From an uncultured Verrucomicrobiae bacterium (GTDB lineage Bacteria; Verrucomicrobiota; Verrucomicrobiia; Limisphaerales; Palsa-1400), in the NCBI GenBank assembly GCA_963764165.1, contig CAVXRD010000003.1, positions 192,001 through 256,000 on the forward strand: a stretch of DNA of 64,000 nt, in the 5' to 3' direction. The translations under genes and the position numbers were made by a program. The stretch's first letter is position 1. Every line of letters starts with the position of its first letter. Below, in pieces: positions 10,607-18,948 of this stretch. The notes beneath the pieces were generated by a model. That model was not told the DNA's origin and did not search any database. It was given only the letters and a program-made list of their open reading frames with translations.

Positions 10607-11527
10607 GTGCCAAGCAAAAAGATCCAGGCCAGCGGCGAATATTGTCAAAGAATTAATCGAGTCATTGATTTTCTTCGCGGGAATCTGAATCGCCAGGTGA
10701 AACTGGAGGAACTGGCGAAAGTGGCCTGCTTCTCGGAATTTCATTTCCATCGAATCTTTCGCGCCGTTTCGGGCGAAACCGTCAATAATTTTACGAACCG
10801 CCTTCGTCTCGAGAAAGCCGCTCGCCATCTTCGTTTTTCCGACCGAAGTTTGACCGATATAGCTTTGGATTGTGGTTTTTCATCATCGTCCACCTTCTCG
10901 CGCGCCTTCCGATGCGGCTACGACACTTCGCCAAGCCAGTTTCGAAAAAGCGGCGAAATCAAAAAGAGCAAGATTTGCAAAGAACTGCGCACGGGGCAGG
11001 AATATGTTCTCCCCATGAGCGCGGAAGAAAAGAGAGCCGCCTTTCCGGTGAAATTGATCGAGGTTCCCGAAAGGCAAGTCGCCTATATTCGGACGACCAA
11101 TGCCTTCGATTTGGACAAGCTGCTTGCCGTCTTCAAAACGATGATCGAGTGGGCCAAATCCCAGAATATTTTTTCGCAAGGAATTCTCTTTGGAATGACG
11201 GTGGACGATCCAGATGTAACTCCCAAGCATCTTTATCGGTATGAGGTTTGTCTTGCCTCATCTCAACCATTTAAGTGCATGGAAGGAATGTCGAAATTGA
11301 AAATGCCAGCCATGCGATACGCCGCCATCAAGGTTTCCGGCGACATCCGCAAGGTGGCTACGGCGTGGGACTATTTTGTCAGAAGCTGGCTCATCAATAG
11401 TTCCTACGAGCCCGAGCATGCGCCAGCGCTTGAGGTTTTCCTAAACAAAGAAAAAGCGACGGATTGGTCGCATTTTGAATTGGAACTGTGCCTGCCGGTT
11501 CGAAAGCTGGCGCAGATGCGGAATTAA
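10607..11527 (+). CDS. AraC family regulator with GyrI-like effector domain (start uncertain, GTG chosen)
   Basis: LEELAKVACFSEFHFHRIF...RLRLEKAA...IALDCGFSSSSTFSRAF; C-terminal DDPDVTP...RYEVC...GyrI-like. Confidence 0.9.
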   Translation: MPSKKIQASGEYCQRINRVIDFLRGNLNRQVKLEELAKVACFSEFHFHRIFRAVSGETVNNFTNRLRLEKAARHLRFSDRSLTDIALDCGFSSSSTFSRAFRCGYDTSPSQFRKSGEIKKSKICKELRTGQEYVLPMSAEEKRAAFPVKLIEVPERQVAYIRTTNAFDLDKLLAVFKTMIEWAKSQNIFSQGILFGMTVDDPDVTPKHLYRYEVCLASSQPFKCMEGMSKLKMPAMRYAAIKVSGDIRKVATAWDYFVRSWLINSSYEPEHAPALEVFLNKEKATDWSHFELELCLPVRKLAQMRN

Positions 11528-11528
11528 T

Positions 11529-11990
11529 ATGAAAATCATGAAAATGTTCCCAATCACAGCCATCCGAAAATTCAATCTTGCGTTTGCGCTTATTTTTCTA
11601 TCCGTGTCGGCGTCGTTTGCCGAATCGCCCCCGGTGAAAATAAAGTACGTCGGCGCGATCTCGATCAATCCATGCCAGGATGCAAAGATTCTCGCCGACT
11701 GGTATGCGAAGTTTGGAATCGAGACCAAAGAAATGCAGGGTGGATATTATGGCAAATTCGACACCGCTGCCGGCCCCTTTATCTTTGGCATCCATCCCAA
11801 GAAAGCGAACTCTCCCCCAAAAAGCTCGGGGAGTGTTTCAGTCGTGTTTCGCGTCGAGGATTTCGAGAAGAGCGTGTCGACCCTCAAGACTAAAGGACTC
11901 ACGCCCGAGAAAATCGAAAAGGACCAGCAAGGCCAGTTCGCGAGCTTCCATGATCCCGACGGCAACAAAGTTACCATTTGGGGCGAATAA
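11529..11990 (+). CDS. VOC/glyoxalase-like protein with signal peptide
   Basis: Hydrophobic N-terminus ending SASFA; WYAKFG, VVFRVEDFE, FHDPDGNKV motifs. Confidence 0.8.
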   Translation: MKIMKMFPITAIRKFNLAFALIFLSVSASFAESPPVKIKYVGAISINPCQDAKILADWYAKFGIETKEMQGGYYGKFDTAAGPFIFGIHPKKANSPPKSSGSVSVVFRVEDFEKSVSTLKTKGLTPEKIEKDQQGQFASFHDPDGNKVTIWGE

Positions 11991-12080
11991 AATTGCGGAT
12001 AACATGAACTTGACAGATGCAACGCGCAGGGTATTGTTCTGCGTCAATCCCAAGCCATTGGCAGAGCGGTGCGCAAAACC

Positions 12081-12626
12081 ATGATGTATTACATACTGCT
12101 CGGGGTGTTCGTCGTCATCGGAATCATGGCCTTCATCGCTTCCACCAAGCCTGATGACTGGACCGTTCAGCGCCAGGAAACGATTCCGGGGGCGCCGGCC
12201 AAAGTCTTCGCTTACTTGGACGATCCGCGCAAATTCCTGGAATGGTCGCCGTGGTCCAAGCTTGATCCCGCCATGAAGGTGGCCTGCGGCGGCCCCGCCT
12301 CGGGCGCTGGCGCAAATTTCACCTGGGAAGGCAACAGCAAAGTCGGCGCGGGCAAAATGACGATCATGGAAAGCCGCCCAAACGATCGCGTTCGATGTCA
12401 ATTAGATTTTTACAAACCGATGAAATGCACCAATGAGCAGGACTTCGAGTTGAAACCCGAAGGTTCCCGGACCTTGGTGACCTGGACCATCAGCGGCAAG
12501 GCGCCGTTTTATTTCAAGCTAATCCTGGTTTTCGCCAGTGCCGACCGCATGATGGGAGACAACCTTGAAAGCGGCCTGGCCAATCTCAAAGCGGTTGTCG
12601 CTGGGCAGAAAGACGGCTCTCGATAG
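12081..12626 (+). CDS. SRPBCC (polyketide cyclase-like) family protein
   Basis: N-terminal TM, WSPWSKLDP, WEGNSKVGAGKM, TLVTW, GLANLK. Confidence 0.85.
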   Translation: MMYYILLGVFVVIGIMAFIASTKPDDWTVQRQETIPGAPAKVFAYLDDPRKFLEWSPWSKLDPAMKVACGGPASGAGANFTWEGNSKVGAGKMTIMESRPNDRVRCQLDFYKPMKCTNEQDFELKPEGSRTLVTWTISGKAPFYFKLILVFASADRMMGDNLESGLANLKAVVAGQKDGSR

Positions 12627-12641
12627 CCCAAGCTGGCGTGC

Positions 12642-12866
12642 ATGGTTCGAGATTGCCAGGGTGAGCTTGCAGCCGCGTTCGATGAGGTCACCAGTGTTAC
12701 CGACCTGGAATTGATGCCAAAGGATGCCGGGGCCAATGGCCGCGTTTTGACGGCGGAACAAATGCGCGCACTCGCGGCGAAGTTTGCCCGATGGGCGCGG
12801 CAATGCCGCAAATCGGCGGATTCTATGGAGGAAGCCAGAGCAAGAATGCGCCTTGAACTGAATTGA
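12642..12866 (+). CDS. Small hypothetical helical protein
   Basis: ATG ORF of 74 aa between SRPBCC gene and a terminator. Confidence 0.45.
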   Translation: MVRDCQGELAAAFDEVTSVTDLELMPKDAGANGRVLTAEQMRALAAKFARWARQCRKSADSMEEARARMRLELN

Positions 12867-12888
12867 CCTGGCAGACTTAACCAGTAGC

Positions 12889-12924
12889 AAGGCCGGTGGA
12901 CTGATCCATCGGCCTTTTTGTTTT
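12889..12924 (+). terminator. Intrinsic terminator
   Basis: GGCCGGTGGA-CTGA-TCCATCGGCC followed by TTTTTGTTTT. Confidence 0.75.
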
Positions 12925-12957
12925 GCATCGCCTTGTTTTATGGGGTAAAATTAGGTC

Positions 12958-13081
12958 TGCTGGCGTGCAACAGGCAAACAAACTGTGCCAAACAAGCAGC
13001 TCTGCCCGTAGGTTTGAGAATAAGCGCCCTCGAACCATCTGCCTTCTAGCCGCCTCGTGTAGGGGCGGCATTTTTTATTTT
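12958..13081 (+). ncRNA. Candidate small RNA (~120 nt)
   Basis: TTGCAT(12923)-17-TAAAAT(12946) promoter; terminator GCCGCCTC-GTGTA-GGGGCGGC-ATTTTTTATTT; no credible contained ORF. Confidence 0.35.
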
Positions 13082-13154
13082 GCGGAGCAGCGAAGGGCAG
13101 GGCAGGTTGAAGCCGCGCCAAACGTTTCGGACGTATGAGAGACGCCATCGCGAG

Positions 13155-13708
13155 ATGTCGCACTATTCCCTGGCGCCTCGTTTTGGGACTTCCGGCCTTT
13201 TTGTTTTACAGGGCAACCAACGACGCCAAGAAAGCCATCTACGCCAGGCTCGCGGCGGTCGCTCTGGCCCGCGTTCTCTCTTGTCGTCGTTTCGCATTTT
13301 AATCCCAGACTCCAGGAGCATCTGTTTTACAATTTCAGTCATTTCAAAACAGGCGCGAGTCAACTTTTTCACTTTGCCGGGACATGACCGCACGGCCAGC
13401 CCGACGTGTCGCCCGCGCACGTTATCTGTCCGCTGCAATTCCGGCATTAAGCGTCTTGCACCTATGACGGGAGAGAAAATTCGTTACGGCAAGCCGTTGC
13501 AGGCCAGGGCGGTCGAGGCGCTGTTGACAAATTGGGTTGGCGGGCGGATAATCCCCGCAGCCCATGCAGTGGCTGGCAGCGGCTATGACTGCATGGAACG
13601 GACGGCGTGGCTGCCTTGCTGTTCCGCCTTCGATACGGATCAACTTTCCTTTCCTGCCGTTCCGTAGAAAACCGACGCTAACGCAATATGTCGCACTATT
13701 CCCTGGCG
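13155..13708. repeat. Perfect 21-bp direct repeat ATGTCGCACTATTCCCTGGCG at 13155-13175 and 13688-13708
   Basis: Identical strings 533 bp apart. Confidence 0.9.
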
Positions 13709-14237
13709 TTTTCATCTTCGCGGCGACGGCATCACTGGATTAACGCGCCTTTAATAGGCTGTTAAAGGGCAAACTACTGAATCCGGCCTTATTTTAATAC
13801 GCTGAATTGATATGTGCGCAAAAAGGGCATTTTATAACGTAAGTGCTTGATTATGCGGTAATATGCACCTAAACGCGGGTTCCTCAACGTTTTCGGTGGA
13901 ATAGAATCCGGGCACTCGGCCACGAATTAAAACGAGCGACGGGGCGGCTGCGAGCCACAGCTCGCGCCCCGTCGCGGTCGGACAGCGAAACGCTCATTTA
14001 CAACAACTTACCCATGAATGGCTTACAACTATTGGATGGCCCTGAGATGAGGCAGCGAGATTCCCCTGGATTACTGATGTCTGCACCTCCTCAAAGGTTT
14101 GGTTGCTCGCAACCGGGTTTACACGAACTTCTATTCCACTGAAAACGTGGAGGAACGCAAACGCGTCTATTCGCACGATTTTGGAACTTCCGACCCCCAA
14201 GACTCATGAGTTTCGAGACAATTGATCTAAGGCATAT

Positions 14238-14265
14238 GTTTCGCACAATGTATGTTATATGCCGT
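14238..14265 (+). other. dif-like (XerC/D) site candidate
   Basis: GTTTCGCACAA-TGTATG-TTATATGCCGT; 19/28 identity to E. coli dif with 11-6-11 layout; AT-rich intergenic context. Confidence 0.35.
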
Positions 14266-14350
14266 TGGACGGCGTATATTCCCACCCCCTTGGTTAGTTA
14301 TCTTGCGCGCTGGAAAGCAGTCGGCGATTCGGCGCTAGGCTAAGCTCGTC

Positions 14351-15223
14351 CTAAAACCAATCTTCGGGGTTATCTCGCAACCACTCCGTCAGTCCAGGCA
14401 GTTGGAAATTCAAGTGCGTTTGAATCTTTGCACAATCCATCGACGTGTCGGCGGGACGCGGCGCGCCTTGATATTCGCGCAGCGAGCAATTCTCCAAGCG
14501 CGGGCTTGCTTCAGGATGGCGCGCGGCGAGCAGCCGCCCGATTTCGACGCGCGAAAGCCGCTCGGTTCCGGCCAAGTGCCAGACTCCGCCGCGCGGATTT
14601 GCGGCCAATTTCCAGATTGCCTCCGCAGTGACCGTGGCAGAGATGGGCGAGCGATACTCGTCCTCAAACAATCGGATGGTTTTTCCTTCGGCCGCGGCGG
14701 CCAGCAATTGCTCGTTATAACCGCTTTTCCCGTTAGGGGATTTACCGCTGTTCAGCGAAGTTCGGATTACGATGTGGCGGGGGTTCTCCAATACCGCCTG
14801 CTCCGCGGCCACCTTCGTTTCGCCGTAGATGCTGAGGGGATTCACCGCGTCATTTTCAAGGTAGTTTCCCTTTCGTCCGTCAAAAACAAGGTCTGTCGAG
14901 AAGAAAATGAAATCCGCATCCGAGGCCAGGCCCGAAAGGTGCGCCGTGGCTTCTGTGTTGATGCGCTGGGCGGCGGCGGGGTTAGACTGGCAATCGGGAG
15001 TCTTCGACATCGCGCCGCAGTGGATGACGACGCTCGGCCGCTCGGCGGCAAACCGGCGGTCCATAGCTGCGAAATCTGCCAGATCCAATTCTGCCCGGCC
15101 GAGCGCAATAACTTTGAACTGCGGGGCAAATTTCGGCGCGAGACGGACAATGTAACTGCCAATCAATCCGCCAGCTCCGGTAACCCAGGCTGTCCCCTGC
15201 TCCTTTGTTGATTGGCCACTCAA
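14351..15223 (-). CDS. dTDP-4-dehydrorhamnose reductase-like extended SDR
   Basis: VTGAGGLIG, STDLVFDG, YGETK (YxxxK), RPADTSMDC. Confidence 0.85.
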   Translation of the reverse strand: MSGQSTKEQGTAWVTGAGGLIGSYIVRLAPKFAPQFKVIALGRAELDLADFAAMDRRFAAERPSVVIHCGAMSKTPDCQSNPAAAQRINTEATAHLSGLASDADFIFFSTDLVFDGRKGNYLENDAVNPLSIYGETKVAAEQAVLENPRHIVIRTSLNSGKSPNGKSGYNEQLLAAAAEGKTIRLFEDEYRSPISATVTAEAIWKLAANPRGGVWHLAGTERLSRVEIGRLLAARHPEASPRLENCSLREYQGAPRPADTSMDCAKIQTHLNFQLPGLTEWLRDNPEDWF

Positions 15224-16125
15224 TCAATAAATCGTTTTGACATATCCCCGTAAGCGTCCACGCGGCGGTCGCGCAGGAAGGGCCAATGCGTCCTCGAAAA
15301 TTCGACTTGGGCCAAATCGACGGGGACGAGCAGCGTCTCTTCCTTGTCGACGCTGGCGCGGGCCATGACTTGACCGCTGGGCGCCGCCACAAAGCTCTGG
15401 CCCCAGAACTCAATTCCATCGCCGCCGTCGGGCTTTTCGAGGCCGATTCGGTTGACAGCCGCCACGTAACAGCCGTTGGCCACGGCGTGGCTGCGCTGCA
15501 TCACTTCCCAAGCGGCGTGTTGATTTTCACCATACTGCGCCTTCTCTGATGGATGCCAGCCGATGGCGGTTGGATAAAATAAAATCTCAGCCCCCTGCAT
15601 CGCCGTGAGGCGGGCCGCTTCCGGATACCATTGATCCCAGCAGACGCAGACGCCAATTTTCCCGAATCGGGTTTTCCAGGAGCGAAAACCAAGGTCACCC
15701 GGCGCAAAGTAGAATTTCTCGTAATACAGCGGGTCGTCGGGAATGTGCATCTTGCGGTAGCTGCCGAGCATCACGCCGGTCGCGTCGATAATTGCCGCCG
15801 TGTTGTGGTAAAGTCCTGCCGCGCGCTTTTCAAAAAGAGACGCGATGATGACCACCTTGTGCTTCCGGGCCAACGTTTGCATCTCTGTCGTCGAGGGGCC
15901 GGGAATCGGTTCCGCCAGTTTGAAGTATTTGTGGTCCTCGACCTGGCAGAAATATTGCGAGGCGAACAATTCCTGTGTGCAAATAATCTGAGCGCCGTCC
16001 TTTGCCGCCCGCGAAATCTTTTCGCTGGCGCGGGCGAGGTTCTCAGCCGGGTCGGCGGAGCATCTGCTTTGAATTAATCCGAGGACGACCGAGGCCGGCT
16101 TGGTCTTGGCGCGAGATGTCTTCAA
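15220..16125 (-). CDS. Carbon-nitrogen hydrolase, N-carbamoylputrescine amidase (AguB)-like
   Basis: QELF, YRKMHIPDDP, EKFYF, CWDQWYPE (E-K-C triad), YPTAIGW, WPFLRDRR; TTG start 1 nt after kinase stop. Confidence 0.9.
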   Translation of the reverse strand: MKTSRAKTKPASVVLGLIQSRCSADPAENLARASEKISRAAKDGAQIICTQELFASQYFCQVEDHKYFKLAEPIPGPSTTEMQTLARKHKVVIIASLFEKRAAGLYHNTAAIIDATGVMLGSYRKMHIPDDPLYYEKFYFAPGDLGFRSWKTRFGKIGVCVCWDQWYPEAARLTAMQGAEILFYPTAIGWHPSEKAQYGENQHAAWEVMQRSHAVANGCYVAAVNRIGLEKPDGGDGIEFWGQSFVAAPSGQVMARASVDKEETLLVPVDLAQVEFSRTHWPFLRDRRVDAYGDMSKRFID

Positions 16126-16126
16126 T

Positions 16127-17137
16127 CTATTTTGAAGGGAGGGGAGCCGAAACAGGACGCCCAATCACCGTGGTTTCGCCCTTGTCTGTCGAGTCAAGCA
16201 CAATTTTCTGCCCAAATAAATCACCCATGAATTTTCCCAGCGTCTCATTTGTCGGCCCGTAGCCCTTGTGATAGATATAATACTCCAGGTCGTACAATAA
16301 TTCATCCGACGTCGCGTAGCGCTTGGAAATGTCGCGGGCCAGGGTGCGCTGCAAAATTTCATTGAGCCGCTCGTCGATGCGCGAATTCAACTGGCAAAAA
16401 TTCGGGACCGGCAGCTTCATGATGCGCTCGAGCGATTCCTCGGCGCTCGGGCCTTTGAAGATGTTGTAACCCAGCAGAAGATTCGCCAGCACCACGCCGG
16501 TTGAAAAAATATCCGAGCGCTTGTCCGTGATTTGAAAATCCGCCTGCTCGGGGCTCATGTAATCTGCCTTGCCCGCGACCACTTCGCCTTCGTTGTCCTG
16601 CAGGAAGCCCTTGGCCTTGGCGATGCCGAAGTCTGTCAACTTCACATCTCCCGCGAACGCGATCATGATGTTCTTGAAGCTCACGTCGCGATGAACGATG
16701 CCGAGCGGCTTGCCGGTGTCGTCGCATTTGGAATGCGCGTAAGCCAGCCCGCGCGCGATTCGGCTGGTGATGAACACCGCCAATTCCGACGGCAGCACCG
16801 CGCCCTTGGCCGCAAGCTGCTGGGCGAATTGCTCGAGGTTCACGCCGTTGATCAGCTCCATGCTGATGAAGTAGAGGCCGCGCGCTTCTCCGAGATGATA
16901 CGTCTGGACAATGTTGGTGTGAATGAGGTCGGCCACCAGCTTGGCCTCGCCGATGAAATTTTCGATGAACTGCTTTTGATTGGCGTAACTTTGGCGGATG
17001 ACCTTCATCGCCACGCGCTTGACAAAGTTGCGGGCGCCGAGTTGCTGCGCCTCGTAAACGATTCCCATTCCACCCTCGAAAATCTTGCGAGTGATCTCGT
17101 AGCGGTAGTCACTTTGAATGGTAAACAATGCAGCCAT
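16127..17137 (-). CDS. Soluble Hanks-type Ser/Thr protein kinase
   Basis: EGGMGIVY, VAMK, HRDVSFKN, DFGIAK, YMSPEQ, DIFSTG; no TM or sensor domain. Confidence 0.92.
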   Translation of the reverse strand: MAALFTIQSDYRYEITRKIFEGGMGIVYEAQQLGARNFVKRVAMKVIRQSYANQKQFIENFIGEAKLVADLIHTNIVQTYHLGEARGLYFISMELINGVNLEQFAQQLAAKGAVLPSELAVFITSRIARGLAYAHSKCDDTGKPLGIVHRDVSFKNIMIAFAGDVKLTDFGIAKAKGFLQDNEGEVVAGKADYMSPEQADFQITDKRSDIFSTGVVLANLLLGYNIFKGPSAEESLERIMKLPVPNFCQLNSRIDERLNEILQRTLARDISKRYATSDELLYDLEYYIYHKGYGPTNETLGKFMGDLFGQKIVLDSTDKGETTVIGRPVSAPLPSK

Positions 17138-17321
17138 CACCTGAATTGTGTGAAATTGCCGAGGCAAGTCAAGCTCTCACTGGCTCCTCGCAACTTTTTT
17201 TGCGACCGCGGCCTTTTTCCCTTGCCGCGCTTTGGAAATGCGTATTAAAACGTGCGCGCGGCAAGGTCTCAAGGAGTCCGGCTGGCATGATCCAACACAC
17301 AAGACACAGTTAATTATTAAT

Positions 17322-17609
17322 ATGGCAAAAGCGTTATCGAAATCTGAGCTGGCGGCCGAATTGGCCGCCAAAAATGGACTTACCAAGAAGGCGGGCGCCG
17401 AGATCCTTGACAGCCTGGCTGCCCTCGCCTACAAGCACGCAAAGAACACATTCACGATCCCTGGGATCGGCAAGCTGCGCCTCGTCAATAGAAAGGCTCG
17501 CACGGGACGCAATCCCAAAACCGGAAAACCCATCACCATTCCCGCGGGAAAAGTGTTGAAATTTCGAGTTTCGAAAATAGCCAAGGATGCCATTCTTGGC
17601 GCGCGCTAA
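17322..17609 (+). CDS. hup: HU family DNA-binding protein
   Basis: SKSELAAELA, IPGIGK, RKARTGRNPKTGKPITIPA, KFRVSK. Confidence 0.93.
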   Translation: MAKALSKSELAAELAAKNGLTKKAGAEILDSLAALAYKHAKNTFTIPGIGKLRLVNRKARTGRNPKTGKPITIPAGKVLKFRVSKIAKDAILGAR

Positions 17610-17633
17610 TTCCTTCACGTCCGCGGCTTCGAA

Positions 17634-17668
17634 GGCGCTCTGAATATTTCAGGGCGCCGTTTTATTTT
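17634..17668 (+). terminator. Intrinsic terminator after HU
   Basis: GGCGCTCTGAA-TAT-TTCAGGGCGCC then GTTTTATTTT. Confidence 0.75.
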
Positions 17669-17685
17669 GCCACTATGTCCGCTTA

Positions 17686-17872
17686 GCCGAATCAGTTGCA
17701 ATTGGGAAGCGCGGTCGCCTCGACCGCCGTCTTAGGCGTCCTGCCGAAGACATCTTACGCTTCTGATAAATCACCGAAAGGTGGATGCAGATTTTTCGCC
17801 ACAGCCAGCCGGCGGGACGCCGACTTGATGCGGCAGGAACGGTCGCGCTACCCTTCTTAACTGCATCATTGC
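17686..17872. repeat. Composite REP-like element; homologous inverted copy at ~29055-29237 and partial copy at ~30815-30866
   Basis: Reverse complement shares AATGATGCAGTT...GATGTyTTCGGC..GACGCC.AA.ACGGCGGTCGAG.CGACCGCGCT.CCCA. Confidence 0.7.
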
Positions 17873-17874
17873 GC

Positions 17875-18321
17875 CTACGATTTATTCACCCGGCCCGGCT
17901 CAGCCTGTTCGGGTGGCGCGGGTTCGGATTGGCGGGCGGGTTTCGTGGGTAGGAATGGTTTGCGGAAAGCTTCGCTGAAATCATAGCCGCCCTTGAAATC
18001 TTCGCGGCTGTCAGTTTCGGTTTTTTTGGCCACTTTGTGCTCGATCATGTTGAAGACAATTTCGCCGAAATCTTCGCAAGAACGGATATTCCATTCCTCA
18101 AACATGGTCGGCACCATGGGGCCAAACGTCTTCAGCGCGTAGAGACGGATCCCCTCCAGCAATTCCTTGCCGCCGACGTGGCGCTCGCTGAGTTTGTTGC
18201 GCCCGAGGGCGCGCTGGGTGTGTTCGAGAGCCTCCTGCACGAACACATAGGCGTCGATGGGATACCGTGCGTCCGCCGCCACGATGCGGCGCAGCTCGTC
18301 TTCTGGATTGGTGCGTTCCAT
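17875..18321 (-). CDS. Minf_1886 family (Verrucomicrobia/Planctomycetes-restricted) protein
   Basis: DARYPIDAYVFVQEAL...HVGGKELLEGIR...FGPM...W...EDFGEIVFNM...DSREDF. Confidence 0.85.
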   Translation of the reverse strand: MERTNPEDELRRIVAADARYPIDAYVFVQEALEHTQRALGRNKLSERHVGGKELLEGIRLYALKTFGPMVPTMFEEWNIRSCEDFGEIVFNMIEHKVAKKTETDSREDFKGGYDFSEAFRKPFLPTKPARQSEPAPPEQAEPGRVNKS

Positions 18322-18322
18322 A

Positions 18323-18454
18323 TTACGTTTTTTGCTGCAAAGCCACTGGCGCATTCGGATGGGCCGCCCGATAGACCTTTACCGCCCAGCCGGTCAGCAC
18401 CAGCATCAATACTAAACAAAGCACTAACTGTTCCTCTTTCGTCAAGTATTTCAC
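18323..18454 (-). CDS. Small single-TM protein (43 aa, MKYLTKEEQLVLCLVLMLVLTGWAVKVYRAAHP...)
   Basis: GTG start, clear TM helix, stop 1 nt before Minf_1886 ATG. Confidence 0.6.
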   Translation of the reverse strand: MKYLTKEEQLVLCLVLMLVLTGWAVKVYRAAHPNAPVALQQKT

Positions 18455-18528
18455 TCTTGCGTGACAATATACGGGAGAACGGAAAAACACCAAGGTGGAA
18501 TTGCACCCCGCCGCAAGGCGTAAATCCC

Positions 18529-18934
18529 GGTAGGGCGACGCTGCCAACGAACTGTCTTGTGGAGGCAGGGACGCCTCGCCGAGGCGTCCGGGGCGAGGCG
18601 TCGTTGAACGGTGCGGCCCACAAAAACTTTCACGCGCAACCGGACGCCTCGGCGAGGCGTCCCTACCCCCAAAGGCGAAATTTGTTCGTCGGAACTTCTT
18701 ACCGATTCGTTGGTTGGTGCCTCCCGCCGAGCCATCCTATAATTCCCATTTCAATCGGCGGAAAATTGCGAGCGGGGCGGTCGGCGAGGGCGCCGACCGC
18801 AACACGCGAGGCGCGTGTGCTCCCCGGGCCTTTAACTCCGGGGAGCGCACGCGCCCCCGCGTGCAGCGGGACGCGCCTCGCGTCCCGCATCCCATCTTAA
18901 AACCAAAGCGGCTCGGCGCGAGCCTCGCCCTACC
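18529..18934. repeat. Nested cluster of REP-like palindromes, including a ~190-bp unit (18541-18732) repeated at 40673-40864
   Basis: GCAGGGACGCCTCGCCGAGGCGTCC / GGACGCCTCGGCGAGGCGTCCCTAC pair; GGGGAGCGCACGCG family; GGCTCGGCGCGAGCCTCGCCCTACC. Confidence 0.85.
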
Positions 18935-18948
18935 GCGCGCCGGTCTTT

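Noticed and set aside
12970..13010. GGCAAAC suggestive of a c-di-GMP-I riboswitch
   Set aside because: Lacks the GAAA tetraloop stem and GCAAA-receptor arrangement.
13904..13922. GAATCCGGGCACTCGGCCA resembling a tRNA 3' end (att site)
   Set aside because: No T-loop GTTC or cloverleaf, and it does not match the tRNA-Val in this window.
18037..18900. ORFs sharing GTPRRGVRGEAS peptides (also 40544-40909) and ORFs at 29325-29743 and 30797-31369
   Set aside because: Translations of palindromic repeats, not genes.
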